Positions 53,050 through 64,000 of a stretch of DNA of 64,000 bases are shown here, piece after piece (position 1 is the stretch's first letter; each line of letters begins with the position of its first letter). Origin of the DNA: Octopus sinensis (taxonomy: Eukaryota). Both the position numbers and the translations under genes were made by a program. The DNA is taken from NCBI RefSeq assembly GCF_006345805.1, contig NC_043000.1, positions 69,068,001-69,132,000 on the forward strand, in the 5' to 3' direction. The notes beneath the pieces were generated by a model. That model was not told the DNA's origin. It was given only the letters and a program-made list of their open reading frames with translations, and did not search any database.

Positions 53050-53800
53050 ATAACTTAACGTTGAGAAATTGGGGTCCAGTCAGAACTGGTATAGCCATTC
53101 ATAGATCTAACACATTACTTGTTCACCATTGATGTTTGCTTTTCTTTAATGTTGGCCAAATGTAGTAAGGGTGATTGCTCTGCGTATGTTTCTGTGTCAT
53201 TTTGCCTTTTTCATGCTTGTCTTCTACAGTGTATGTCGTACAAGTATCGTACGTAACTCCTAGTATTTTTGTTTCCTGATTGAGGTATGTTTATGCTGTT
53301 AAATATCATGGCTGATTGTATATGATCATATGATGCTCTTTAGTGCTGCAAGAAAGAAAGGAAATAGTCGACTTGATAGATATCTTAAGTTTATTACTTT
53401 GGAACTAAATTTCTAATATGCCTTGAGCATAGTATAAGGGTGTGAATGCGAGGTTATCTGCGTATGAGGTTGTATATATGTTTTGAGGAGTTTTGACTGA
53501 AACACACGGGTGTGCGCGTGCGTATGCACATATGCTCATATACGTTGCGTCTGGTGTTGCATAGGTGTGAAGAAACAACCTCGATATGCATCTTTACACC
53601 ATAGGTCGTATTAATCAATAAGATGACTAATACAATCTATGGTTTAACACTGCCTGTCCTGTGTATCACCTGATCATAGGACATATAGATGAAACTGTGA
53701 TCTAGAACTTCCGGATGTTCTACGTCGGGGTCACCATTATAGATTGTCGTGGAAGCATGGTGAAACCATCTAATAACGACTCCATTCAGAAGGCTGAAAT
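53050..53800 (-). mobile_element. Very decayed non-LTR retrotransposon fragments
   Basis: Minus-strand KILGVTYD-like RT motif near 53250; otherwise poorly resolved. Confidence 0.35.
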
Positions 53801-54910
53801 AATACATACAGGTACCAGTGGGAAAGAGAGAGACACAACCGAGTAGAATGGTTGAGAGATGATTTACTGATATGTTAACATGTATGTCTGTGTGCGCGTC
53901 ATGTATACAGAATAGCAGACAGGCTGTCATGCGAAGAAGGTGTATGTGTGTATACAGAATGGATGTATGCGTGTGCGTTAAGTATATATAAAAATAACAA
54001 TGAAGGAGAAAGTGAAAGAGACTATAATGAGAAGTTAGACGAATGTTCATAGCCACAAGAATGAGAAATACCAGTTCGTAGTCAATTATACATGGTTATT
54101 GAAATGCTGTATCAAGAAGCTGTGGTGATGATGCAGAGCCGGTGCGGTACGTGTCGTAAGAAGTTGTGGCTGTAATGCTGCTGCCTGGGTTACTTGGTAC
54201 AGGATTTCTCGCAGGTTGTATATTCGCTGTTAACCATGGAGAAGTAATTCACAAACAGTGCTATGTTAGAACCTGTGCAGTGTTGCTGGTTGAGCTGTGT
54301 ATGTAGCTGTATACGTAGAGATGTTGCTGATGTTAAGAAGAAGATGGTAGCGACGAAGAAAGAGATAGCCGTAATGCTGCTGGACGGGTGTTGTCGTTTG
54401 GCGTTGTTGCTGGAACTGGCTGCCTCTTGATTGGTCAGTGGCTAGACCTTAAAAGGTCTGGAACCAAAGACCTCGAAACGCGGAGAAGGTGAGTTTTTAT
54501 AAGGAACAATTGGCTCAATCGGAATTGTGAACAGGTTGCCTTATTTAGGGGCTCCGATTGGTTATACACTGCATATTGGCGGGTGAAGTGAAACACAACA
54601 CAACGTGCGGTTATCATGGTAACAAGCTGTTAATGCCTCGCTGTCTTTTGATTGGATAAAATTCCCCAAATTCCCCAACTTTAATTCCAATTAACATCAG
54701 ATTCTTTAATTGACGAGATAAAGTAATTGGTTAATCGTAATCAAAATTCAGAGTTGCATCGATACACCAAAATTGAAAGCAATCTGAGCAAAATTAAGGG
54801 GGAATCATTTTGTGAATGAAACAAACTAGCATCAGATTATTTTGATTCTAATAAAACTGTAAACTTTTGTCGTTTCCAAATAAGCTAACAAACGAACATT
54901 CGAAAACAAA

Positions 54911-54911
<1 letters not shown>

Positions 54912-55001
<90 letters not shown>

Positions 55002-55330
55002 TCATACACACACACACACGCACGCACGCACGCAAGTACACACACACACGCACACACGCAGACACACATGCACACACATACACACGCACACACGCGAACA
55101 CGCACGCACACACGCACATACGCACACGCACACACACACACACACACGCACACACACACAACACGCATGCGCACACACGTACGCGAGCTCACACATACAT
55201 ACACACGCACGCATACACGCGCACACACATGTACCCGCGCGTACGCACGCACGCGCACACACACGTACCCGCGCGTACACACACGTACGCACGCGCGTTC
55301 ACATACACATGCACATACGCACACGCATAC
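54912..55330. repeat. Complex (CA)/(CACG) microsatellite; a further (CA)n at 55670-55737
   Basis: Direct read; explains ORFs 54832-55394. Confidence 0.95.
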
Positions 55331-55664
55331 AAATACTCGTAGGTACACAAAAGATGTAACTTCTAATGTTGTCAAACAACAAAGAGTGAGATAGAATAAA
55401 ATTTTTATCGTGACAGTTTCTATTAACTTTTTTTATATTCACTTATTTATTTCAATAAATTTGGTAACTGTTTAATATAAAATAAAATCAATAGGAAAAC
55501 AGAACACTGTTTAAAGCATATATCACTTGATTCAATGAAATTAGCTGACGACTTCCAAACAGATCAGAGGACATTCAACTCTGGTATCAAAACATGTTGC
55601 CGGTCACTGTAGAAAAAACATTGCTTCAACCAGAAATACTTAAATATTCAATTTTATAGATTTG

Positions 55665-55732
<68 letters not shown>

Positions 55733-55827
55733 ACACAACGTGAACAATAAAGACATTCCAACCGTATCTGATTGCCCACAAACTGTGCGTGTATACTGTA
55801 TATATTTATTCTATTGGTGACTTAATA

Positions 55828-56035
55828 TTGGTTTCAAATTTTGGCACAGGACCAGCAATTTTAGGGGAAGGGTAAGTCGGTTACAATATTCACCTGGTAC
55901 TTATTTTATCAACCCCGAAGGGATGAAAGGCAAAGTAGACCTCGGCAGAATTTGAACTCAGAACGTGAAGACGGACAAAATGCCGCTCAACATTTTGCCC
56001 GGCGCGTGCTAACGATTTTGCCAGCTCACCGTCTT
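55828..56035 (-). mobile_element. Meta-domain-type SINE
   Basis: ctggtacttattttatcaaccccgaagggatgaaaggcaaagtagacctcggcagaatttgaactcagaacg. Confidence 0.85.
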
Positions 56036-56061
56036 ATTGCAGACGTAACATTGTCATGTAA

Positions 56062-56368
56062 TACAACAGGGAATCAACACTTGAAAAGAGATTAGCAAGA
56101 GAAAGACAGAGAAAACGAAGATCTAATTTCAGTCAAGAACACTCAGAAACTAAATGAAAAGCTGATCGTGAGAATAATCTTAATAATCAAGTTGGTGTTT
56201 ACTTACCTTCTCCCATGTTTAGTCATGGGCAGCTTTATGTTGCTTTAAGCAGGACAAAAAATAGGAACAATTTTAAGATACTCATAAACAACGATGGGAA
56301 AACAGGGAAATCTTTATGGAAATCGCAGTTTTACTATCAATATTGTAATAAAAGAACTTTTGGAATAA
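56062..56368 (+). mobile_element. Internally deleted Helitron Rep/Helicase remnant
   Basis: RESTLEKRLARERQRKRR...QVGVYLPSPMFSHGQLYVALSR...FTINIVIKELLE* (PIF1-type helicase C-terminal motif). Confidence 0.85.
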
Positions 56369-58227
56369 TGATAATTACATGTTAAGATATATCTTCGTAT
56401 GTACAACATGTGTATGTAAACATATATAGTTTCACATTGTGATTTTTTTCATGATTTTAAACCAGTACGAGATTACATGCATGTTTTTCAATGTTTTCTA
56501 AATAAAAATGCTTACGTTTCTGCCAGCTTGCCGCCTTAAGGAACCCACGGGTGATATCTTATGTCAGTGACTCTCTCAGCTCAATCGTGCTCGCCTCTTG
56601 AAGAAAAGATATTCTTCATTGCATATTTATTAGCATTAGCTGTTTAAAATCATGCTACCCTAGTGTAGCACGATTCTAAAATACTTATTTTAGTACTTTA
56701 AATAGTATAATTTTCATACAGTTATCAAAAGCTGTAAGAAAGAAACAAGAAATTATAAGGGGAACGACTCTTGATTTGCAGTTTGTAATACAAATTCTGA
56801 GTTCCTTCCCTTTACCTTATAAAATGTAATACTATTTTTTTTGTTTAATTTCTATTGTAACGCATTGATTTTTATGTATTACGCAATAAAAAATTGGGAA
56901 TTAATAACCGAACAGAAAGTGTTTCACCTTGGTTGCAGTTTGGTTTATGTTGCTGTTGTGTAGAAAGTAGGCCATATCCTGAAAACAATTCACAAACAAT
57001 TTTTCAAAAATGCGGTAAAGTTTAAAATAAAGTAATAGGAATTGGTAGATGTCTTTATTTTATAATTAAAATACATTCCCTGGTTTATGTACATTTACTG
57101 CACTTCAGTAATTTCAATTTTATTAACTTTGTATTTATGTACTGCCATATCTGCGGACGCATGACGTCGCTTTTCACCCCAACCCACTTACATCGGCGCT
57201 CACACGCATATGTATGCTCACAAAAATTCTTGTTCTGTAAATAATTGTCAAATGTGAACAAAATACTTTCTTTGCTTAGTAAAACAACGCCAGCGAAAAC
57301 TTCTAAAATGAAAAATTCATATTTGATATTGTTACCTCTTACACTCAGTTAAATTTCTATAATCTGTGTGTTTTAGTTTAGTATACTCTTGAAATACATC
57401 TTCCTGTAAAATCTAGAAAGTGTTGCCTATGTACACACGTATACAGAATTAGCAAAAAATGACTGTAGCATTTTGATTATTTTTATTCTTTAATAACAAT
57501 CTCGCTCGTATTTGTCTTTTGCAGATGGATTTTTAATTATTTTACTTGAAAAACTAATATCAGTTGGTGATAGTTTCCCAGCAGTTGTGCATAGTTATGA
57601 GAACTGATATGGCCTTGAAAATATTTCTTTCAGTTTAAGTGTCAACGAGTTGGAAAAAATATTTTAAAGAAACTAAATACATTTAAGCTGGAACATGATA
57701 AAATTGCTGCTGTTAAAGAATTATTACAATGTTTAGAAAGTGATAATCCATTGGGATATGGAAGTACGTCATCTGTTTTGCTTGAAAAGGCAATCTCCCG
57801 ACAAAGTATTCCAAAAATGTTGCAAAGTTGCAAAATCAAACCAACAGACACTCTAAAAAATTAAGCTAATAGAAAATCCAAATTTTCCGAAGCCAAACTC
57901 TACAATACTGTTCATAAATAACAACGATGCTTAGAATGCTTGGCGTGAGAAATAGATATTTAACGGAATGCTCATTTAAACTGTTTTGTTTCAAAGAAAT
58001 GTTTGATTGATTTGGCTATGTTAAGAAGTGAATTTATAAAATTGATTTAGTTTTCATTAGCCTCGTATATTCCTGTATATTGTATTTCAGGAATATTTTA
58101 TATATGTAACTACTGTAAATATACCGTCAATAATGATACTAAAAATACATATCACTATACATAAATGTACGAAAAAATGATAACAACATATAGTTAAAAT
58201 TGTTGGTGGAAAAACAAGTCAATTAAT

Positions 58228-59762
58228 TTATTTAGCTGCCTTCTAGGGGTTCTTGTGAAGAAGAACTGCTTGGATGTTAGGAAGAACATTAAGCGATGAT
58301 TACCATAGACAAAAGTTTGTTCAATTCTTTGTCGTTACGGATGGCCAACTGCAAGTGGCGGGGTGGGTTGAAAAGTTCATAGGCTGACTATGAAGGAGTG
58401 ATGCTGGAGCTGTGAAATCTTGTAATGCATAATTTCATTTCCCTTAAATAACTGCATTGTTTCTTTCCAGGTAAACTGACATCTCACTGTCCAGTGAAGA
58501 TTTCAAAAGTACCTAATAGTGACTTCTCTTGAAAATTAACAAAATTTGGCGTTGTGGTATTATCAAGTACCTGCAGTAAAAGGGTTTATTCCTTAAGGAC
58601 ATTCATGTTGACATGGTTGCTACATTAGGGGATGACGCTTCAACTTTATCAGCAGTGAAAAAGTATGCAGCTGAATTTCGGAGGGAAGGGAGAGTCTTGA
58701 AAATAACCCAAGGTCTGAACGACCTGCAACTGCTACCAACGAGGAATACATCGATCGTGTTCACCATATGGTGATGGATGACAGGCAATTGACTATAAAT
58801 CAAATAGTCAATGTTATTAGCATATCCCATGAGAGATATGATACCTGATCAAAAGAAAAAGTTGATCACATCATGGGAAGTTTTGACATAGTTTCAGGCA
58901 TATCCACCTGGTTTCTTCGAACGTTTCCTAAACCAGGATGAGTGTTGGCTTCATCATTTTGAGCCAGAAATACAGAGACAATCCATGCAGTGGAAACACC
59001 TCTTCTCACCTGCTCCAAAGAAGGCAAAGGTCGTTTCATCAGTAGGGAAGGTGATGACCGCAGTTTTTTGGGATGCAAAAGATATTGTGTTTATTGACTA
59101 TCTTGAAAAGGTCATAAATGGAGAGTACTATGCTAACTTGCTGAGGTAGTTACAAAAGGTTATCAATACGAAACACCCCGGAAAAAGTGATGAAAGGAGT
59201 CTTTTTTCATCATGACAATGCTCCAGTACACAAGTCCTTGCTTTCAATGGCTGCTGTGCATGAACTGGTTGATCACCGTCCCTATTTTCCTGATTTAGCC
59301 CCATCTGACTCATCTGTTCTCAGTATGACAAAAAAACACTTGGCTGGGAACCAATATTGCAGACGACGATGTCATATCTGCTGTTGATGACTTTTTTGAA
59401 CGATAGGATGAAAGCTTCTTCACTAATGGGATCCATATTCTACAACACCGATGGAAGAAGTTTGAGGGGCGCAAAATAAATCTCATTTGGTGACATTCCA
59501 TGAGAATATCTTGGTCAGCCTATTAACATTTCAGCCAATTCTCGTAGATTTCTTATATTTGGCAGCGTTTCTTGCCAATTCCAACACTTCGTCTGCCAGA
59601 TATTCCGTTACAGATGTAAAGTAGACTGGAACTCTGGCACAAATACGTTCGGCATAGTTTCCCTTACGGAGAAGACACTGTATACGACTGACAGGGAAAT
59701 AAAGACCGGCACAGGATGAAGGGCTCACGTTCTTTTCTTTTATTTACCTCCTTTACAGGCAT
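58228..59762 (-). pseudogene. H2A: Histone H2A pseudogene split by a mariner (5' part 59545-59762, 3' part 58228-58363)
   Basis: 5' part: ATG...KGGK...[53 protein letters not shown]. 3' part: PRHLQLAIRNDKELNKLLS...VLPNIQAVLLHKNP*KAAK*. Confidence 0.95.
58361..59544 (+). mobile_element. Mariner relic inserted in H2A
   Basis: TIRs gggtgggttgaaaagttcataggctgac and gtcagcctattaacatttcagcc..ctcg, then TA; motifs QDECWLHHFEPE, KVMTAVFWD, HHDNAPVH and YFPDLAPSD. Confidence 0.92.
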
Positions 59763-59771
59763 TGTTGAAGC

Positions 59772-59979
59772 TAACGGCATAGCTGTGTGATTAAGAAGCT
59801 CGCATTGTAACCACATAGTTTCGGGTTCAGTACCACTGCGCGACGCATTGGGCAAGTGTCTCTTACTATTGCCCTGAGTCGACCAGTGCCTTACGAGTGA
59901 ATTTAGTTGACAGAAACTGTGGAAGCTCGTCGTGTGTGTGCACGTGTGTGCATGTGTGTGTGTGTGTGTGTGTGTGTGT

Positions 59980-60048
<69 letters not shown>

Positions 60049-60200
60049 TGTGCGTGTGTGTGGTCTTCGTGTCTGTGTTCTCCACCACCGATCCACAACC
60101 GGTGCGGTGTTGTTTTGTTTACGTCCCCGTAGCTTAGCGTTTCGGAAGAAGTGGCAGATAGAATAAATACCAGACTTAAAAATAAGAACTGGGGGCAAGT
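59772..60200 (+). mobile_element. CORE-type SINE with internal (TG)n, 10 bp upstream of the H2A ATG
   Basis: ggcatagctgtgtgattaagaag...ttgggcaagtgtc...(tg)n...gatagaataaataccag. Confidence 0.9.
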
Positions 60201-60539
60201 AAAGGATAAAAGAAAAAAAACATTTACCTTTGAATACAGATTTTCATTTGTTGCATTTGCTTTGCAGAGAATAATTTAGGAATGTCGATTTATTATTGTT
60301 TTACTTTTATGTATTCAACTCTCAGCCGGTGATGAGGCCATGCTAGGGCACCGCCAATTAAGACTTCATATTAAAATACACTTAAAAGACGTTTTAGTTT
60401 TCCAAGCTAGAGAGACTGAAATAGATGGCTGGTTGGTTTGTTAGTTATTCAGTCAGTCAGCTAGTGAGTGAGTTAGCTGGCTTGCTAGCCAGATAGATAA
60501 AGGATGAACTGAAACGGATTTACTTAATATTTATTAAAT

Positions 60540-60540
60540 G

Positions 60541-60607
<67 letters not shown>

Positions 60608-60830
60608 GCTATCTATCTAGCTATCTATCTATCAGTCTACCTGTCTGTCTGCCTGTCTGTTTGTCTATCGATATAACCACATATACACACAACTATACAC
60701 ATTCCACACACACGCATGTCATCTTTAACATACGAACACACATATATACACACTCTCTCTCTATTACTCACACACACACGCACACGCACGCACGCACACA
60801 CACACACACACACACACATACACACACACA
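60540..60830. repeat. (TCTA)n, (TCTG)n and (CA)n microsatellite cluster
   Basis: Direct read. Confidence 0.95.
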
Positions 60831-61429
60831 CGAGTATATTTATTCCTTCAGGTGCCTTTACACGTGTTAGACAGAAGTCTAAGGACAGGATTGCCGAGAC
60901 AGTGGGGGAGAAGGACGTAAAGGAGGAAGTTACCCTTCGATCGGAGATCAGACTTGAATATTTGCAACAGAAGGAACACAACTAAAGATGCCCAAGAACT
61001 AGGTGTTGGTGCTAAACTGGATGACCATTTAACTCTACTAACCGAGAATAAGAACGGTCCTTCTGTAGAACTGGCACAGTCTCTATGAAATTTCATTTAC
61101 AAGGCTTTGACCAACACAATTCTATGACAGAAAACATTTGCTAAGGATGTGGAATGGTAAGATTGAAACCACAAAGTACGAAAAAATGGTTTTAAGCTGC
61201 CAACCATATTTACATTCTTATTTAGAGGTATTTAGGTGCTCTTTCCATTTTTAAGAGAGTGAAAGTGGAGTGAAAAAAAATTGTGGTAATTGAAAATGCC
61301 TGAGGGCTAAAATGTTGTTATATTTGACTATTAGAAAAATGCTAAATTTACTCTCTCGATTCACCTAAACTCCAAAAATGGATTATTTTTGTAAATTTTT
61401 TTACAATAGTGGAGTTTTGCAATTAGCAT

Positions 61430-62513
61430 GTTGGTTTTAACACACATGAATACAAAAATCTCTGTTCATTGTGGTCATCCATTCTGATCGTCTTATTACT
61501 GCAAGAACTTCCTCTTTTTTGACGATCTCTTGTTCATAGCTTCTGGAATATCTCTCATCAAGCTCCAGCAGTAATCTGCCATCATGTTTAAGTCTCATCA
61601 GCAATGGTAGCATTCTTCCATTACTTTTACATTTTGATAAAGTGTCCACCTTGTTCTTCGCTAACATCACCCAGGTTTTCTGGATACTCAACCAAGTGAC
61701 TGTGTGAGCAGTGCAATTTAATGCTCATTCTACATCCAAGTACTTGCAAACCCAAGAGCAGCTCCTCCACAATCTCTTGATAGTTGTCAGCTTTCCTGTT
61801 CCCAAGGAAATTCCGCACATCAGAGAAGGCATTCCAAGATCAGGCATCCGCCGCTCTTATTGTTGTAACAAAATGTAGATCTCTGAGGAATGTTTTTATT
61901 TGAGGTCCATCAAATATTCCTGCCTCCTTCTCGACACTGAGACTTGGAAAGGTTGTACATATGTATCTGAAGTAGTTTCCACTGTGATCAAGATCTTTGA
62001 TGAGTTGCTTCATCTCACCAAGTTTCAAAACAAGTTTTGCAAACTTTGTGGGAAGCCCAAGTTTTGTCCTGGTCTCCAAGTGTTACTTTACTGTTGGTAT
62101 GATACAACTCCTTGGCAAAGTTATTTATGTTGTGCCTTTGAGCCTGTAGAGTGAAGTTACCACAAACGTAACAAAAGTTATCGGGATCATTACAGTACAT
62201 CCTTCTTGATGTATCCATGACTAGATCACAGTGGTTCAGTTCACACCTGAAAAGAAGAGGAAGGGTTTTAAAGTAAAACTCAGTTTGAACATATTCAAAA
62301 TTAGCATGGCAATCCAGTCAAAATACCCGCAAATAGTGTTGTAAAGTTAACTTTTGGTATGCTCCAGGTAAATAAAGGTATATACCGATGGCACAAAAAT
62401 GTGATGTGATAGAGAAAATCTGAGGTCAGTTTTGGAATCAGCACCAAAAAATTAGTCTAAAACAGCTTTAAGATTTTAAGCAAGAAAATAAAAGTTTATT
62501 TTGTTGACCAGTG
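61430..62513 (-). mobile_element. Internally deleted Chapaev3-like (CMC) DNA transposon
   Basis: N-terminal CNDPDNFCYVCG...GDQDKTWASHKVCKTC; C-terminal KLGEMKQLIK...GIFDGPQI and NFLGNRKADNYQEIV...GCRMSIKLH..HSHL..YPENLGDVSEEQG; terminus CACTGGTCAACAAAA at 62513. Superfamily assignment is from memory. Confidence 0.7.
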
Positions 62514-63565
62514 TAATCAAAGAATGTTGTCTTTTTGTGAATATATCACTACATTATATCTTTTTTTCAAAAGACGGTTGAATGTCATATGAAGGAGAAT
62601 TCACTGTTGTTTAAACATGTATCTATTCATTCATAGTGATAACCTAAGAAAACATTAAATCCAAGGATCATAGAGGTAATTTGTCTATGTCCAAAGTGAG
62701 ACTGGAAGCAAAAAAACACTTAGTACTTCTATTGTAGAGCAATCTGAACTGAGGAGTTAGTCAAAGTCTTTTTACCGAGGCGTGAGAATTCCAACCAGCT
62801 GATCATATTTGTATGACTAATCAGTATAATAGATATGTGACTGTTGTGAGATATTTTGGAGTGGAGTGAAACAATCTATATTTAAACTTTTGCAATTGTC
62901 AAGGCTGATTTTAAGTAACTGATGTTTGCATTTTCTTTGACATCCATTTTTTTTCATGTTAGTAATGTAGATGTTTAGCATATTCAATATCTGAAAACAA
63001 ATTGTTGATTAACTACTTTAATGGCTTACTTTTCCAACATATCTTTCAACTACAAAATACCTTTCTGTTCCCTCTCTTTTTCTGGTTTACCGGTTGGATT
63101 TTAGCCGGATTCATATTGACTGATACCCCTTGTAACAAATGTACTTCTCTTTCAGCCCACCATAGACGAAAACGAAAGTGGAGATTCAAAATATTCCCAC
63201 TTTATAGTTGTACTGACACAGTACACTCTCTACAATTATAACAAAGTCCATTTTTTGCAACTGAAGCGCGAGGAGTGTTTTTGTGCATTCACAGCCTGCA
63301 AGCTTTTGCATCTCAAAGTTACAGCAGTGCCATCTAAGTTCTTCACTAAAAGAGTCTCAACTAAATTTGCACAATCTTCCTAACTTACAACCCACAATCA
63401 ATGTAACTCTATTAGCAAAACTACTTCTGCAGAAGTCGCCAAAGTTCCAACATGCTTTACCTTCTAACTCTATATTTTACTCAGTGAAACACCTCCTAGT
63501 CTATCCTTCTTCGTTTCACAACGTACCCTTAATCAAATTCAAAAACATTTCCTTGAAACCAAAAA

Positions 63566-63737
63566 GGTTAAGTCGATTACCTCAACCCCAGTGCTCAACT
63601 GGTACTTATTTTATCAACCCCGAAAGGATAAAAGGCAAAGTCGACCTCAGCAGAATTTGAACTCAGAACGTAAAGGCGGACGAAATGGTGATAAGCATTT
63701 TTCTCTGCATGCTAACGATTCTGCCAGTACGCCGGCC
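63566..63737 (-). mobile_element. Meta-domain-type SINE
   Basis: Same core as 55828-56035 and 39425-39580. Confidence 0.85.
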
Positions 63738-63789
63738 AACGTATCAGAATATTAATAGCAGCCTATTTTAGTAAAGCTCCCTTCTACGA

Positions 63790-63960
63790 TCATTATATCA
63801 ATGCCGGAGGGAGAGAGAGGATCCCAGGATTTGGTTATGTCTTCCACACTCTTTGTTTTGTATATGAATGACTTTGTGGTATTACACAGACACTGCCATG
63901 CAGATGACACCATATTTTGCTCCCCATCCAATATAAACATCACATGGCAGATTTACACGG
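63790..63960 (+). mobile_element. CR1/L2-group LINE RT fragment
   Basis: INAG...SQD.VMSSTLFVLYMND...HADDT corresponds to the GVPQGSVL.PTLF..FIND and YADD motifs. Confidence 0.65.
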
Positions 63961-64000
63961 ACTCCACGTATGCAAACCTGAGAGCATCTTATGGTGTGGA

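Noticed and set aside
54832-55394. Long ORFs rich in CV, HT, YI, MYVC (also 491-801, 11590-11932, 35657-35957, 37617-37996, 43982-44252, 59664-60198)
   Set aside because: Stop-free read-through of di- and tetranucleotide microsatellites.

Overview
AT-rich, microsatellite-dense eukaryotic DNA. The SINE families and repeat landscape point to a coleoid cephalopod, probably Octopus (inference from recognised repeat motifs; no database search was run). I can support one host gene: a three-exon minus-strand gene (22885-22940, a 25-nt micro-exon 14971-14995, and 12582-12992; about 163 aa). Its C-terminal helix (YEPELDESSNPFYYRINEVLFKAHAARIGR) resembles the p97/VCP-binding helix of FAM104/VCF proteins. 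It has an ETS-CRE plus NRF1-like promoter and a uORF overlapping its start codon. An isolated histone H2A pseudogene (58228-59762, minus) is split by a mariner insertion. The rest is a layered TE landscape: at least seven Tc1/mariner relics; two hAT relics; a Chapaev3-like relic; an internally deleted Helitron; two Gypsy relics; RTE/BovB, CR1 and R4/Dong-like LINE fragments; Penelope-like pieces with a hammerhead-like motif; several MITEs; many CORE-type and Meta-type SINEs; and a near-perfect 416/417-bp tandem triplication. Most ORFs in the supplied track are microsatellite read-throughs or antisense shadows. There is no CRISPR array, rRNA or bona fide tRNA gene. TE boundaries without TIR/TSD evidence are approximate (tens of bp).
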